This document shows positions 38,894 to 51,263 of a stretch of 64,000 bases of DNA, in pieces (the first letter of the stretch is position 1; every line of letters begins with the position of its first letter). The stretch lies in NCBI GenBank assembly GCA_053919585.1, contig CM132803.1; one strand, 5' to 3'. A program made the position numbers and the translations under genes. The notes beneath the pieces are model-generated. The model made no database searches and was not told where the DNA came from. It was given only the letters and a program-made list of their open reading frames with translations. Origin of the DNA: Euprymna scolopes. Lineage: Eukaryota.

Positions 38894-40019
38894 TGTTATG
38901 ATGTTATGATTTAGATCTCGTTTTGACTTGGGGACGCCGTCATACTGTCTGCCACGTGTCACCGTGACGACCACCACTCAAGTTTCATGATTCCTGACCG
39001 CTTTAGGGAGAAACTGACTACGTAGGGATTCACGCTACGATCGCTACCATGGCACCAAAGTCGAGGCACATGATCATGGTTACCTCCACAAAATTACGGG
39101 CAAAACGCTTAGATGCCTTACACACCGTAGCGAAAACAACAACCCAAAAGAAACACAGTTTTCTCGACATGGAGGCAATTTCTTCATCACTAACCGTTTG
39201 TCTACAACTACGTCCGCGTGCTTGCTATATTTAGCGAAGCCAAGGAAAAGACAGCAGAAGGACCACCAGCCTCGCCATCACCACAACGCTACGGCTGTCG
39301 CGACCAATGCTACTACTACTACAACGAAGGCTTCGGCGCGCCTTCTAACAACAACAACTATCGCTATTGACACACGATTATAACCAGCACTACCATTACC
39401 AACGAAGGCTTCGTCGCGCCTTCTAACAACAACAACTATCGCTATTGACACACGATTATAACCAGCACTACCATTACCAACGAAGGCTTCGTCGCGCCTT
39501 CTAACAACAACAACTATCGCTATTGACACACGATTATAACCAGCACTGCTGCTACTACCATTACCAACGAAGGCTTCGTCGCGCCTTCTAACAACAACAA
39601 CTATCGCTATTGACACACGATTATAACCAGCACTGCTGCTACTACCATTACCAACGAAGGCTACATCGCGCCTTCTATCAACAACAACTATCGCTATTGA
39701 CACACGATTATAACCAGCACTGCTGCTACTACCATTACCAACGAAGGCTTCGTCGCGCCTTCTAACAACAACAACTATCGCTATTGACACACGATTATAA
39801 CCAGACCAGCACTGCTGCTACTACTATTACAAACGAAGGTTTCGTCGTGCCTTATAACCACAATAACAACAACTAACAACAATCTGCCATCTTCACCCCA
39901 AGGACAGCTCGTTATTATTCTGTGTTATTTATTAGAAAATAAATTGTTGAGTTCGTTCAAATCTTAATCCTGTGTTGTCTATTCTTTTTGCTTGTCACCA
40001 TACGCTTCATAACATAACA
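38894..40019 (+). mobile_element. Solo LTR (1126 bp) with internal tandem array
   Basis: TGTTATG...CATAACA termini, 4-bp TSD AGGA, AATAAA near 39938; site is empty in Tc1 copies 1 and 2. Confidence 0.85.
39322..39860. repeat. Minisatellite, ~7 units of 78/87 bp
   Basis: Units start near 39322, 39400, 39478, 39565, 39652, 39739, 39831; core CAACGAAGGCTTCGTCGCGCCTTCTAACAACAACAACTATCGCTATTGACACACGATTATAACCAGCACT. Confidence 0.95.
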
Positions 40020-40520
40020 AGGATAATGATATCAGCGTCCTGGAGTGGCCTAGTCAGAGTCCTGACCTCAATCCCATAGAGAACTTATGGCGGGACTTAA
40101 AGACCCGAGTGATGGCCAGGAAACTAACTAACTAACCTGACCCAGCTCGAGTCTTTTGCAATGGAAGAATGGGCCAAAATCCCACAGGAAACGTGTAGTA
40201 AGCTTGTGGACACCTATAAGAACTGACTAGAAGCAGTCATAAAGAACAAAGGCTATGCTATTGACTATTGAAGAAAGAAAATGGACACTGTAAACCTAGG
40301 GTATGAATAATTTTGAACATGACTTTTTTTAAAGATCTGTGAATAAAATACCCCTGAAACTGAATATTTTTTAATTTGCCTATTGCTGTTATTCTTTCAC
40401 CTGTTGGTTGCACATAAATCATAAACAAACTTAACAAAATGCTTTCATTTCATCACAACAATGAATTATGTCAAAAATCAACGAGGGTATGAATAATTTT
40501 GAGGCCAACTGTATATATAT

Positions 40521-41070
40521 TGTTCTGTTCCCATTTAACAGTTTAGATAAAATAAAAGATAATTGTGACTTAAGAGTTAAGCCCCTTACGTCTTCCTGGG
40601 TAGAAAAGAAAAATGATTCAGAGTGATCCCCCTTTGCGCCCAGACTTATATCCCTTTTGATTTTTTCTCATAGAAAGGTAATATTTAGTTGGACACCGGA
40701 CAAGTAAACGGTAGTCCTTTAGTGACCGCGTGGAATCAAGGTATTCAAATGTGAAGTAATCCCGTTGCATCGGCAGAAACAAACGGTATGTCAAACTTAT
40801 ATTAAAACATTTAGGACTATTTCATATTAAGAACATTTATCTGACCCTATTTTTGAATTTTCTTGACATTTTATCTTCGTCGGAATTGTAACATTATTCT
40901 TCTTCCATGCGTTTCCTAATCGTTTGTTTTTCTCTCTCTTCTTCCTTTTCAGTTTTTACTTCTTAAATAAATATACCTGTTGATACTAAAATGACTATCT
41001 TCAGAAATCCTTTGTTTTTGAAGTCAGTTGGCTTGCTGTCACGAGTTTTTCTACATGTCGTTCCAGTATA
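40521..41070 (+). mobile_element. BEL/Pao solo LTR (variant A), copy
   Basis: Matches 9023-9572. Confidence 0.8.
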
Positions 41071-41074
41071 TATA

Positions 41075-42385
41075 CAGGGTGTCCGTAAAGTTACTATACA
41101 GGCTTATTGTTTTATTGTATTATATTTGTATTAATAATTAATATTCTTCGACGGAACTGTTACAGGAGAAAGGTACCTGGACAAACTGGGAAATTTCATT
41201 GTACCGGCATTGAGACAACGACCACATTTCAATAACTTGTACTTCCAACAGGATGGAGTGTTAAAGAGCATCTCCCCCCCCCTCTCTCTGGCTTTCTTAC
41301 TCTTTCTATTTTCTCTCTCTGTGTCTATTAGAGAATAGAGAAAGAGAGAGGGAGAGGGAGGGAAAGAGAGAGAGGTGAATAACGTGGACAGTGGACACGT
41401 TTGCAGAAGAAGGGTCAGCTGACCAGATGACGTGGTGTCATGTGATGAGGTTAGCTGATGCTTTCTTGGCAGTTTGGTTTCGGGTGTTGAAGAAGACAGA
41501 CGGCTTTTCAGCTGTCCCCCCCTGGGCTGGGGAGGACGCTGACGTGTACCATCAAGCAAGCAAGGTTCACCTCCATTCTGTGTCGACCTCTGGAAGGTGA
41601 ATAAAAACATAAAACCTTAATTATCATCTTGGAGTGAATTCTTCATCCAACAGGCCAGCTCCCCTCCAAGAGACAATGAAACCAGAGGAACAACCGACGA
41701 CACATGAATGAAAAGGTATGTTAAGAAATGCATGTACACAAACACACACCCACGAAGACATGAACAATAAGATTAGAAACTAGACGATCACGTACACGAA
41801 TCTCCTTCTTGACACTATTCCCTTTATGATACAATCTCCTTTATGACACCCCACTATATAACAGAAGCCCTACCCCATTATGCTACAGCTGTCCGAAATT
41901 TACTGGATGAGACATTTCCTGATAAATGGATCGGCAGGCGAGGGTCCATTGAATTTCCTCCACGATCTCCAGACATAACGCCAATGGACTTCTTTGTCTG
42001 GGGAGTCATCAAAGACTGTGTATTCGAGAAAGCCAAGAAGTGTTGAAGATCTTCGACAATTTGTTATTGATGCATTTGCCAACCTTGATCGTGACTTGTG
42101 CACCAAAGTTTGTCAGAGTGTGATGTCACGTTGTCGAGAATGTATTGGAGCTGAAGGCCTCCAATTTGAATATTTGTCATAGAAATTGTTTGCCTTGATT
42201 GTTACAGTCTTTTCGGATGTAACACCTGTATTTTCTGAGATTTTTATAAACAAAGGTGTTATTTCTTTTTATTTCTTTTGTTACAAATAAATATTTTAAT
42301 ACAATATCTTACTGTACTGTTAATATATTACAGGGTCTCTGTATAGTAACTTGTAAGACTGTATAGTAACTTTACGGACACCCTG
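41075..42385 (+). mobile_element. DD41D element copy 2, interrupted by a solo LTR
   Basis: Perfect 27-bp TIRs; otherwise matches 9577-10282. Confidence 0.9.
41259..41863 (+). mobile_element. Solo LTR (605 bp)
   Basis: TGTTA...TAACA termini; TSD GGAG/GAAG (1 mismatch); AATAAA ~41600; site empty in copy 1 (CAGGATGGAGCCCC). Confidence 0.8.
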
Positions 42386-42405
42386 TATATAATACAGGAA
42401 GAACA

Positions 42406-42443
42406 ACCCTGACGATGGTCAATCGAGACCGAAAACGTTCGGT
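42406..42443 (+). ncRNA. Minimal hammerhead ribozyme, copy 2
   Basis: Identical to 10303-10340. Confidence 0.7.
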
Positions 42444-42562
42444 AAACTAGGGGACTTTATAAGAACTTTGGATCCCACAACAAAAATACTTGTACGAAAA
42501 CAAGAACAATTCGAAAGAAAGATCAAAAAGAAAAACGAAGATCCTCTTCAATAAAATATGCG

Positions 42563-42609
<47 letters not shown>

Positions 42610-42610
<1 letters not shown>

Positions 42611-43282
42611 AAATAAAATTTAGTAAAACCCCCACAATTTATGGAGACGAGTGTTGAGGGATGGTTTTCGATAATAGAAGCTCAATTCCATCTCAGACAC
42701 ATTATGAGCGATGATACTAAGTCCTATACTGTTATCAGCGCATTGCCGCCTAACGTGGTAACAAATATACCTCCAGCCATTCTGCAGTCGCTAAACTATG
42801 TGAAGTTAAAGGAGTCTGTGTTGTCTACATATGAAAAGACCAGACCTGAACTCCTGGAGAAGTTGATGAGGACCACTACGTTAGCTGGTCGTCCGTCATT
42901 ATACCTCCAGATGGTAACAGTCGCACATAGAATAGGGGAGAGTGACGAGATAGTGCGCCATAAATTCATACACGCACTTCCGAAGCAAATCGCCCTAGTA
43001 ATAGCAGCCCACACTGAAATGCCATTAACGGAGTTGGGTTGACTATCTGACAACTTGATGCCTTTAATAGAAAATATGTCAGTATTTCAGGCAGTTGAGA
43101 GTCGAGCTCGGACAAACAACCATATTACCACCAGACAGTCTAGTGAAACCATTTCAGCCGGTCTACGTCTATATAGAAGGAAACAGCGGCTGAAGATATA
43201 TAGAGCCCATATATATTTCGCGGAGGAGGCTCGTACATGTAAGCCATGGTGTAAGTGGCCAAAGAAAAAGAGTAACTTATAA
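42610..43282 (+). pseudogene. CsRn1-type Gypsy gag, decayed
   Basis: EGWFSIIEAQFHLRHI, VISALPP, LAGRPS, VRHKFIHALP; degenerate CHCC knuckle (Y)RAHIYFAEEARTCKPWC. Confidence 0.7.
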
Positions 43283-43358
43283 ATTCTGCTCAGTAATGGA
43301 GCAACAGTTAGCCATGAGAAATGAAGGGGAAATGGAATGAAATAGGTCCTAGGTGTAG

Positions 43359-43870
43359 TGTTACGAACGATGTACTTGACAAAGTGAAAAAAAATAATAG
43401 GTTGATAGCCGAGGCGTGAATAAGGTCTCTGATCCATAGGGTCAGATATCAATGAAAATAGGGTCTCTAGGATATCTCAACATATGGTTTGGGCAAACAA
43501 GAGACGGATTATCTCGGGATGTGGTCTGAGTGAAACACAGACCCCCCCCCCCAACTAAATGCTTTTTTTCTCTCCCTTAAAGAAATCGGACAGCTTCTGG
43601 TTTGAAGGAAAAAACTCACTCTTTCCGAGAGAGACGCCAGGCAGATCGAACCCTTTTCCCTTTTTCTTGCACTCTCTCCACCTCTGTGTTATTTCATCCG
43701 GTATCGACTATTCCCACTGCGAATAACTACCGTGACTGCACCAGGTGGCCAGAGTCGAGTTTTGACCAGGAATATATCTCTCTGTAAACATTCGCCTGAA
43801 TAAACCTTTTCTTTGTTGCATTAAAAAAAAATTTCCTGTCCTTTTCTCTCTTACTTTCCCTCTCTAAACA
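43359..43870 (+). mobile_element. Possible LTR of an unassigned family
   Basis: TGTTAC...AAACA, AATAAA at ~43799, followed by PBS-like TGGCGGCC; no TSD or second copy. Confidence 0.35.
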
Positions 43871-43908
43871 AGTATGGCGGCCTGTTCCACAAATCCCAAA
43901 ACCTCAAC

Positions 43909-45525
43909 ATGAAATATCTCCAGAAAAAAAACTTGAATAAACCTAGAACCCCATCTTCCAACGTAGACCCCTACTATCATGTCTCCTTCTCCAACATCAG
44001 GGGTCTACGTTCCAACCTTCCAGAGGTTGAAACCCAATTACAAGAGACAAATGCGGACATATTTCGAAGCGAAACTGGAATAGGGCCGACCACTTCCCTA
44101 GACGAGTTCATAATTAATGGATACTCTAACTTAACATCTAAATCTTCACCCCAAGATCGTCATGGGCATGGACTATGTACCTACATTAAAGATGGCTTCC
44201 CGTGTGGAAGGGATATCTCTAGAGAAGATCCTAATTTACTTAATATGTGCTTCCAGGTAGCACTTGCTTACACCACTGCATTTATATTTGCCCTCTATCG
44301 GCCCCATAACAGCAGAGTTACTATCTTTAAGAGTATATCTGAGAAAATAGACCACATCCTGTCTGCACATCCCTCGGCTAACATTCACATCTGTGGTGAC
44401 TTCAACGTCCATAACATGAAATGGCTGACCCACTCAAGACAGACGATGAGGGGAGGTTCTGTCATGATTTTGCCATTGCTTATGACCTCACTCAGATTGT
44501 TCGCGAGCCCACCCATGTGCCTGATACTACAGGTCAGTATGCAAGCCTCCTAGACCTTTTTCTCTTCACTTCCCCTGAGCTATGTTCATGTTCCGTTCTT
44601 TCTTCTCTAGGATCCTCCAACCACTCCGTCGTATCAGTTAAGATAAAAATGAAATGTAATAAGTCCCCAGACATATCCCTCCACCGTACTGTATATCGAT
44701 ACTCCATGGCTGACTGGGATAGCTTCCGTACATTCATATCTGATCTACCTCTGCATTTCATGTTTAAAAAGGATGTGTCATCTATAGTATCAGACCTGAC
44801 CGAATGGTTAATTATAGGCATAGACTGATTTATACCATCGAAAAAATTCCAACAAAAACGTAACAGCCAGCCATGGTTCTCCCCAGAATGTGCTGCTGCC
44901 ATCGCGCACAGAAATCACTTTCCATAGCTACCAAAGTAATAGATGCACTGAGACTAAAGCTGCTTTCAGGAACGCCAGCAACCACTGTAAAAGAGTAATA
45001 AAAATGCAAGAGAGCTATATGCTCAGTCCGTTAAATCCAAAGTAGCTAATCAGCGGCGTGGTTCCCACCAAAAAAGATCCTGAACAGAAGTGTGCGTCCT
45101 ATCCCAATCATTATCAATGTACCAGAGGTCATCTAGTCAGCATCAGACAAGGCCAAACTATTTGCCAAGAACTTTGCAGCTAATTCTACTCTATGCGATC
45201 AAGGCCATCAACTCCCCATATTTCCTCCTATAACACAGAACACGCTAGGTAACATACAAATATCTGTGCATGAGGTCGCCAAGCTAATCAAGAACCTTAA
45301 TTCCAGTAAAGCAACTGGCCCTGACGGTATCCCAATTATAGTGTTAAAAAAGCTTCAACCAGAACTTGCTCCCATACTTACGAAACTGTTTAAGCGTTGT
45401 CTTAAGGAGAAGCGCTTTCCAACACCCTGGAAAACCTCATCAGTATGCCGTGTATTTAAGAATTCGGGTAATAAGTCATCTCCCTCTCAGTACAGACCAA
45501 TAAGTCTCCTGTGTGTCATAAGTAA
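43909..45525 (+). mobile_element. Non-LTR retrotransposon (CR1/Jockey-group) ORF2 fragment: APE endonuclease to start of RT
   Basis: FSNIRGLRSN, SETG, LYRPH, ICGDFNVH, LLDLFL, LGSSNH, PWFSPEC, KATGPDGIP, YRPISLL; frameshifted; ends at Copia junction. Confidence 0.88.
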
Positions 45526-47400
45526 GCCATGACATCAAAACATCATATCAACAAACGGGGACCTAAATGTTTTCACTGTGGAAAAAATGGACATATTAAA
45601 TGTGACTGCCGTTTACTTGAAACAAAGAATGTTAAGTCGAACCCTCCAAGAAAGAAAGTTTTCTTTACTAAGAAAATACAGGACAACTCCAGCGACTCTG
45701 GTGAGGGTGAGTGTATTGGACTTTTTACACATCATGCATTATTGTCTAATGGAAAAAGGAGTGACTGGATTGTGGACTCTGGAGCCACATGTCATATGTG
45801 TAGTGATATTGAAAAATTTTCTAACTTTCGAAAACTAGATGTAGCTGAGGAAATAACCCTTGGTGATGGATTCTCAGTTGAGGCAATAGGAACAGGAACA
45901 ATAGAGCTAAAAGTGGGTGTACCGGACGGGAAACACCAGAAATGCAGGTTGTATGAGACCTTATATGTTCCAAAATTGTCCTACAATCTTTTGAGTGTGT
46001 CCAGAGCCACTAAATCTGGAAAAACCTGTATCTTCAGTGACTCAAATTGTCAATTTTTAGATAACAAGCAAAAGGTGGTGGCTACAGGTTCCAAAATTGG
46101 GAACCTTTATTATTTAAACTGTTCTGATATAAATGAATCAACCCATGCAGCAAACTCCTGTTTAGATGGTAACACAAAGGAGGAGATTTGGCATAGACGC
46201 TTTGGACACCTTGGAGAAAAGAACTTGCAAAAACTAGTAAAGGACCAACTAGTTACTGGCCTTGACTATAATATAAACAAGGAAATTAAGTTTTGTGAGC
46301 CTTGCTTGGATGGAAAACATCATCGTTCATCGTTTCCAAAATCTGGAGGAAAGCGAGCAACTCAGCTTCTTGAAATTGTGCATAGCGATGTTTGTGGAAG
46401 GATAGAGGCAAAATCGCTTGGTGGTGCTGAATATTTTGTCACGTTCATTGATGACAAATCCAGATTTGTGTGGATATATGTGCTCCAAAACAAACGAGAT
46501 GTCCCCCAAAAATTCAGTGAATGGAAAACTATGGTGGAAAAGTTCACTGGTAAAAATATAAAGGTTTTACGAACCGACAATGGAGGAGAGTATACTTCAA
46601 AAGAATTTGAAAACTACCTGAAGAAGGAGGGGATTAAGCACGAGTATACTGTTCGATAAACACCAAAACAAAATGTGTTCATAGTAATTTTTAAAACCTT
46701 TCTGGATGTCGCAGGCTCCGGTGATGAGGTATGTGTCCCCACATTTTTATTAAATGACTTCCACTCATTTTCAACACAGGTTACTCTATATTGTCTGATA
46801 TTGCCTATGCTGTTGAAAATGTTGATTGATTTTTTTCCCAACCTACAATGGAACTACAATGTAAGTCTGTAAAAAATATCCTTTATTACCTACATGATAC
46901 ATAGAAATATGGTTTACTATATGGCAAGGAGAAGGCAATCAAGCTCCTGGGGTACTCAGATGTAGATAGGGCTGGTGATCTAAATTTTGATCAGAGATCG
47001 ACCTCAGAGTATTTGTTCAAATTAAATGACTGTCAGCTGGAGAAGCAAAAAGCAAAACGTGCTGCATCATCAACAGCCGAAGCAGAATGTGGCATTGGCA
47101 AGTGCGGCACAGGAGGCGGTATAGATGCAGCGTCTAAGGCGATTTAAAATGAGCTTCAATCGAACCAACACTCAGTCAATGACATACATGACAAAAAGTC
47201 TACAATATAATAAGGAGCCAAACATCTTAACAATAAGTATCGTTATATCCGAGAGCAAATGAAAAAGAAAGCTATCAAACTGGAGTACTCAGTCAGTACA
47301 TGATAGCCGATGTCCTAACAAAAGGACTTGTGAGCACAAAATTTGTGAAGCTCAGAACTGTTTGGTGTTAAACTGGCACAATAATTCCAACAAGGAGGTT
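45526..47400 (+). mobile_element. Ty1/Copia fragment: zinc knuckle, protease, integrase (ORF 45529-46659), deletion, decayed RNase H
   Basis: [57 protein letters not shown] (PR-IN order); YSD, WRSKKQ, STAEAE, LTKGL remnants at ~46950-47340. Confidence 0.9.
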
Positions 47401-47699
47401 GAAAATAATCTGGGTGAATTATCTTCCTTTGACCATGTATGTAGGAACTACAAGACTTAACCAACAAGGTAAAATTTAGCAGTGAAACAGCAGGATTCTT
47501 CCTTAATGTCAGCAAGACAAAGATAATGAAAGTAACAATCCTGAGGATGAGGAGTCGGTTCATGGTCTACTTGTGTTGCATGGTTGGTATTCTGCTCAAC
47601 CACTTTGTCCAGCACCTCTTTCCCTTAAACTGAAACTTCTAAATAAAATAAAAAGGCAGTTCAATCAAAAATTACGATTAAACCAGGCTTAAACTCAAA

Positions 47700-48057
47700 C
47701 AAAACCAATTTGCCTCCTTCCTTGAGGCTTGCATTCACGAATATCTGCAGGCTTAGAACTAATTTAGATGATGTTGAATTATTTCTCCAAGCAATATCTT
47801 AGCGCTAAGTGAAACTAACCTACACTCCTCCATCCCCTCTAACCACTTTAATATACCTGGTTATCTCCCACTTTACTGTAAGAACTCAGACATATGCACA
47901 GACTTGGAGTCTATATTCAAAACACCACCTCCTTGACTAGAGAAACAAAACTAGAATTAGACGACCAGGTCTTTAAGTGCTTTAGACTTAACATGCAACA
48001 TAACATTAGCAACTTATATTTTCTCTACCGCTCTCCCTCGACCTAGGACTGTACTTG

Positions 48058-48058
<1 letters not shown>
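47700..48058 (+). mobile_element. Second APE-LINE endonuclease fragment
   Basis: AFTNICRLRTNLDDVE, ALSETNL, LNIPGY, LYFLYRSPS; ends at (TA)n 48059-48096. Confidence 0.6.
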
Positions 48059-48097
<39 letters not shown>

Positions 48098-50098
48098 GAA
48101 AGACATTTACTGCGGGTTAACAGTTGAGGACACTTCTGGTAGCTGGGGCTTCCAGTAAGATGGCGTTCTGGAAATAAAAGGTGTTTTAAACTACTCCGAG
48201 TCAATCTCTTTCCTCATATCTCTTCCACAGGACATCCTGGTCTCTACTCACTCATAATGATATTAAATAAGTATCTGCAAGGTAAGACAAACTTTTTTAT
48301 TGTCACACTCACAAATAGATAAACTTTGCTTATATAAATCACATACATAATCAACCATATCTCTGACAGGATAAATACAGCACTCTCCTTCAATACTAGT
48401 GCACAAGTACATGTATTTTGTGACTTCAATGTCCACCACAGTAATTGGCTTGGATTCTCTACTTACACAGACACAGCTGATAGCATAACGCATAGCTTCT
48501 CTATCTCATTGCCTATTACAGATGCTACATTTCTGACACGTTAGCAAGATCAGCATGCCTCACTTCTAGATCTATTTCTGACCACAGTTCCCGATGATGG
48601 TGTAACAATTGTCCATAGTCCACTCGGAACTGCTGATCACGCTGTGATAATGGTAGAAATTGCCCTAAATTCTCAACCCAAAACTGAAGAGCCATTGCTC
48701 AAAACAACAAGGTATTATAAGAAGGTTGACTGAGAAGCCATCAGGGATCTATAGTGAGCCGTTTAGACCTGCCAAATTTGCTTTGTCTGGATCAAACACA
48801 CAGACACAGAACAAGCTGCGTGCAGTAGCACACACGCATAGAGCAGAGCACGCGCAAACATAACATAACTTTGACACGCGTATATTTCCGGTGACCTTTG
48901 ACATAACCTTCCGTTTACGTCCTTTTTCTCTCTCTCTCTCTCTCTTTTTCGCTTGACATCAAGCCATGCACACAATAAACCACGCGCTTCATAAGCATGC
49001 ACTCAGAGAGCGACAGCAATAACATGAGGTAGGCTTGTATATTTTTCACATAAATATTGTTACTTGTAAGATGCATACATAGAGAGCACACAATATGAAC
49101 AATTCAAGACTCGGAGAATGTGGTGAAATCAGATGAACTCTCCCATAAGCATCCGTTGATTATCTCCCTTTCCTACTTCCTGTACAGGCCCCTTCCCTTT
49201 ACCCTGATACCTCCTTTTTCGAGTCTCCTCGTGGTACGCACGCTTCTCTCATGGACTCCTCATGTGAGGATTTAGTTCAATAAAGCTCACTTGAGCAGTT
49301 ACTCCACTCTTTGCCTTATTCTGTTCTCGTTGGTCACTCTTTCATTACAATTTATTGAACTAAATCCTCTCCTCACTATGGAGAAATATTTAAAACCAGA
49401 ACGGCTACTTCTAGATCCCAGCCAACCTGACGCCGCAGATATCTGGACACATTGGAAAAAATCATTTGCCATCTTTCTCGATGCTGCCGGTGAAACTCAA
49501 CAAACTCCTCTGACTGACAGGCTTAAATTCAGCCTCCTCATTAATCTCGTCTCTCCAACTATCTTCAAAAATATTTCTGACGTGGACTGTTTTAATTCCG
49601 CGATGGACATACTGGACACCATTTTTATACAGTCTAAAAATAGCATCTTTTGTAGGCATCTTTTGGCCACACGCCATCAACAAACGGACGAAAGCATCGA
49701 CCAATATTTACAGTCGTTAAAAACCCTTGCCAAGGATTGTGAATTTCGTGCCGTCTCGGAGACGCAAGCGAGAGATGAATACGTTCGAGACGCTTTCATA
49801 AATGGAATTTCATCGAACTATATTCGACAAAGACTCTTAGAGAATGGGTCGCTGGACTTAAAAGCCGCTTACAACCAGGCACTCGTTATGGAAACGGCTC
49901 AGAAACAATTAGCATCCTATTCTCGAACGAATGCCGTAAGCGCGTCTACCCGAGCCGAGGAAACAAACATCACCCCACACTCCACACCCGAACGGATTGT
50001 AGCTGCTGTCGCACGCTGTTACTTTTGTGGAAGAGGGAAGCACAACAGATCTGAGTGTCCCGTGCGAAACGCCGGCGTTTCGCGCGGGACACTCAGAT

Positions 50099-51263
50099 AT
50101 CAGACACTGATATCGTTACAGACATCCAGAAAGAGAGAAAGGATTGTGAATTCATTGTCCAACATCACAGCAAACCGGTGAATATCAAGGTCGATGCAAC
50201 TATGTCTATGATTGATGGTAAGATGCATAGTCTTATATCTGGTTTGGGTGGGGCATTTTGTTGCTTGTGTACATACAGTAAAGAACAATGTCATGATTCT
50301 GTCTGTATCACCACTGGTTTCAAAATTGATCGTTCCTTGGAACAAACACTAGCCCTCTGTGAGAAAGGAATCCATCTTCCAGAAAACCGAAAGGTTGGTG
50401 ATTATGATGATCGCAAAGGTATCACCCAGGATCCTATTACCATCGAAGATATCAACAACTTGCATCCTCTCCATAATTTGCTGAGATGCTTTGGATGGAT
50501 CTTCAAGATTTGTTATCATGCCACTGCAGGACATTATTCATGGTCAGAAGCAAAGATGGACGTATCCAACCGTATCGCTAGAACATTGGCATTTCTAAAA
50601 CAAGCGAAGGAACAGATCCAGACCAAGGTAAAGGAAGAGACATCAATCACCATGGAGAAACCTGATCCAACAGGTCACGGGGGTACGTCTACGACAGGAA
50701 ATGTGGCGTCACTTATGCTCAATACTAGCAACAGAAGGTTGTTGACTGATGGAATTGATAACACCGAATTGAAGTTAAAGATTGACCGCATTATACTTCG
50801 TATGGTGGTTATTCTAACGATAAACAACTCAAACAAGAACGTCAGGGTTGCTGAATTTTAGGAGTTTTGCCGTGAAACATACCTTCTTGTCAATAAAATA
50901 TCGTGGATTCAAATCAGTCCAAGTGCACACGTTGTTCTTGGTCACAGTGCAGAACTTATTGAACAGAACGACGGCAAAGGTTTGCTGAACTTTACGGAGT
51001 GTGGCATCGAAGCAAATAACAAATTCCTAAGGCAGTATCGAATGAACTATGCACGGAAAACAAGTCAATTTGACAATTTATCCGATTGTATTAACAGACT
51101 GTGGGATAAAAGTGACCCTATGGTGTTGAAAGTATGTGAACGACTACAGTGCACTCATTGTAAAGGAGCAGGTCACACAATACGAAGCTGTGATGAGTTG
51201 AAGGAAGCACTTCATCAATGCAACAGCGAATATGAAGCACTAGTTGCCTTCTTGTCTTACTGA
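50099..51263 (+). pseudogene. RAG1-core-like transposase, C-terminal two thirds (one in-frame TAG at 50859-50861)
   Basis: MIDGK (second catalytic Asp), CCLC, PLH, GGTSTTGN, HVVLGH, ECGIEANNK (catalytic Glu), YARKTS, LWDKSDP, tail CTHCKGAGHTIRSC; ORFs 50055-50861 and 50982-51263 are in the same frame. Confidence 0.88.

Larger units (their letters stand above)
37719..40511 (+). mobile_element. Tc1 DD34E transposon, copy 3, interrupted by a solo LTR
   Basis: TIRs intact; transposase breaks at KWFKD (38893) and resumes at 40020. Confidence 0.95.

Noticed and set aside
39278-39790. 170-aa repetitive minus-strand ORF
   Set aside because: By-product of repeat units that are multiples of 3; no ATG start or domain evidence.
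39322-39860. CRISPR-like array (palindromic repeats at regular spacing)
   Set aside because: Intervening sequences are identical rather than unique spacers, no cas genes, and it sits inside a eukaryotic solo LTR.
1-42744. Array as a pure assembly artefact
   Set aside because: Copies have private substitutions, deletions and TSD-flanked insertions; not fully excluded without reads.
50055-50098. N-terminus of the listed 268-aa ORF (MSRAKRRRFAR, NLS-like)
   Set aside because: It is translated from the palindromic junction and Gypsy gag, not from the transposase.
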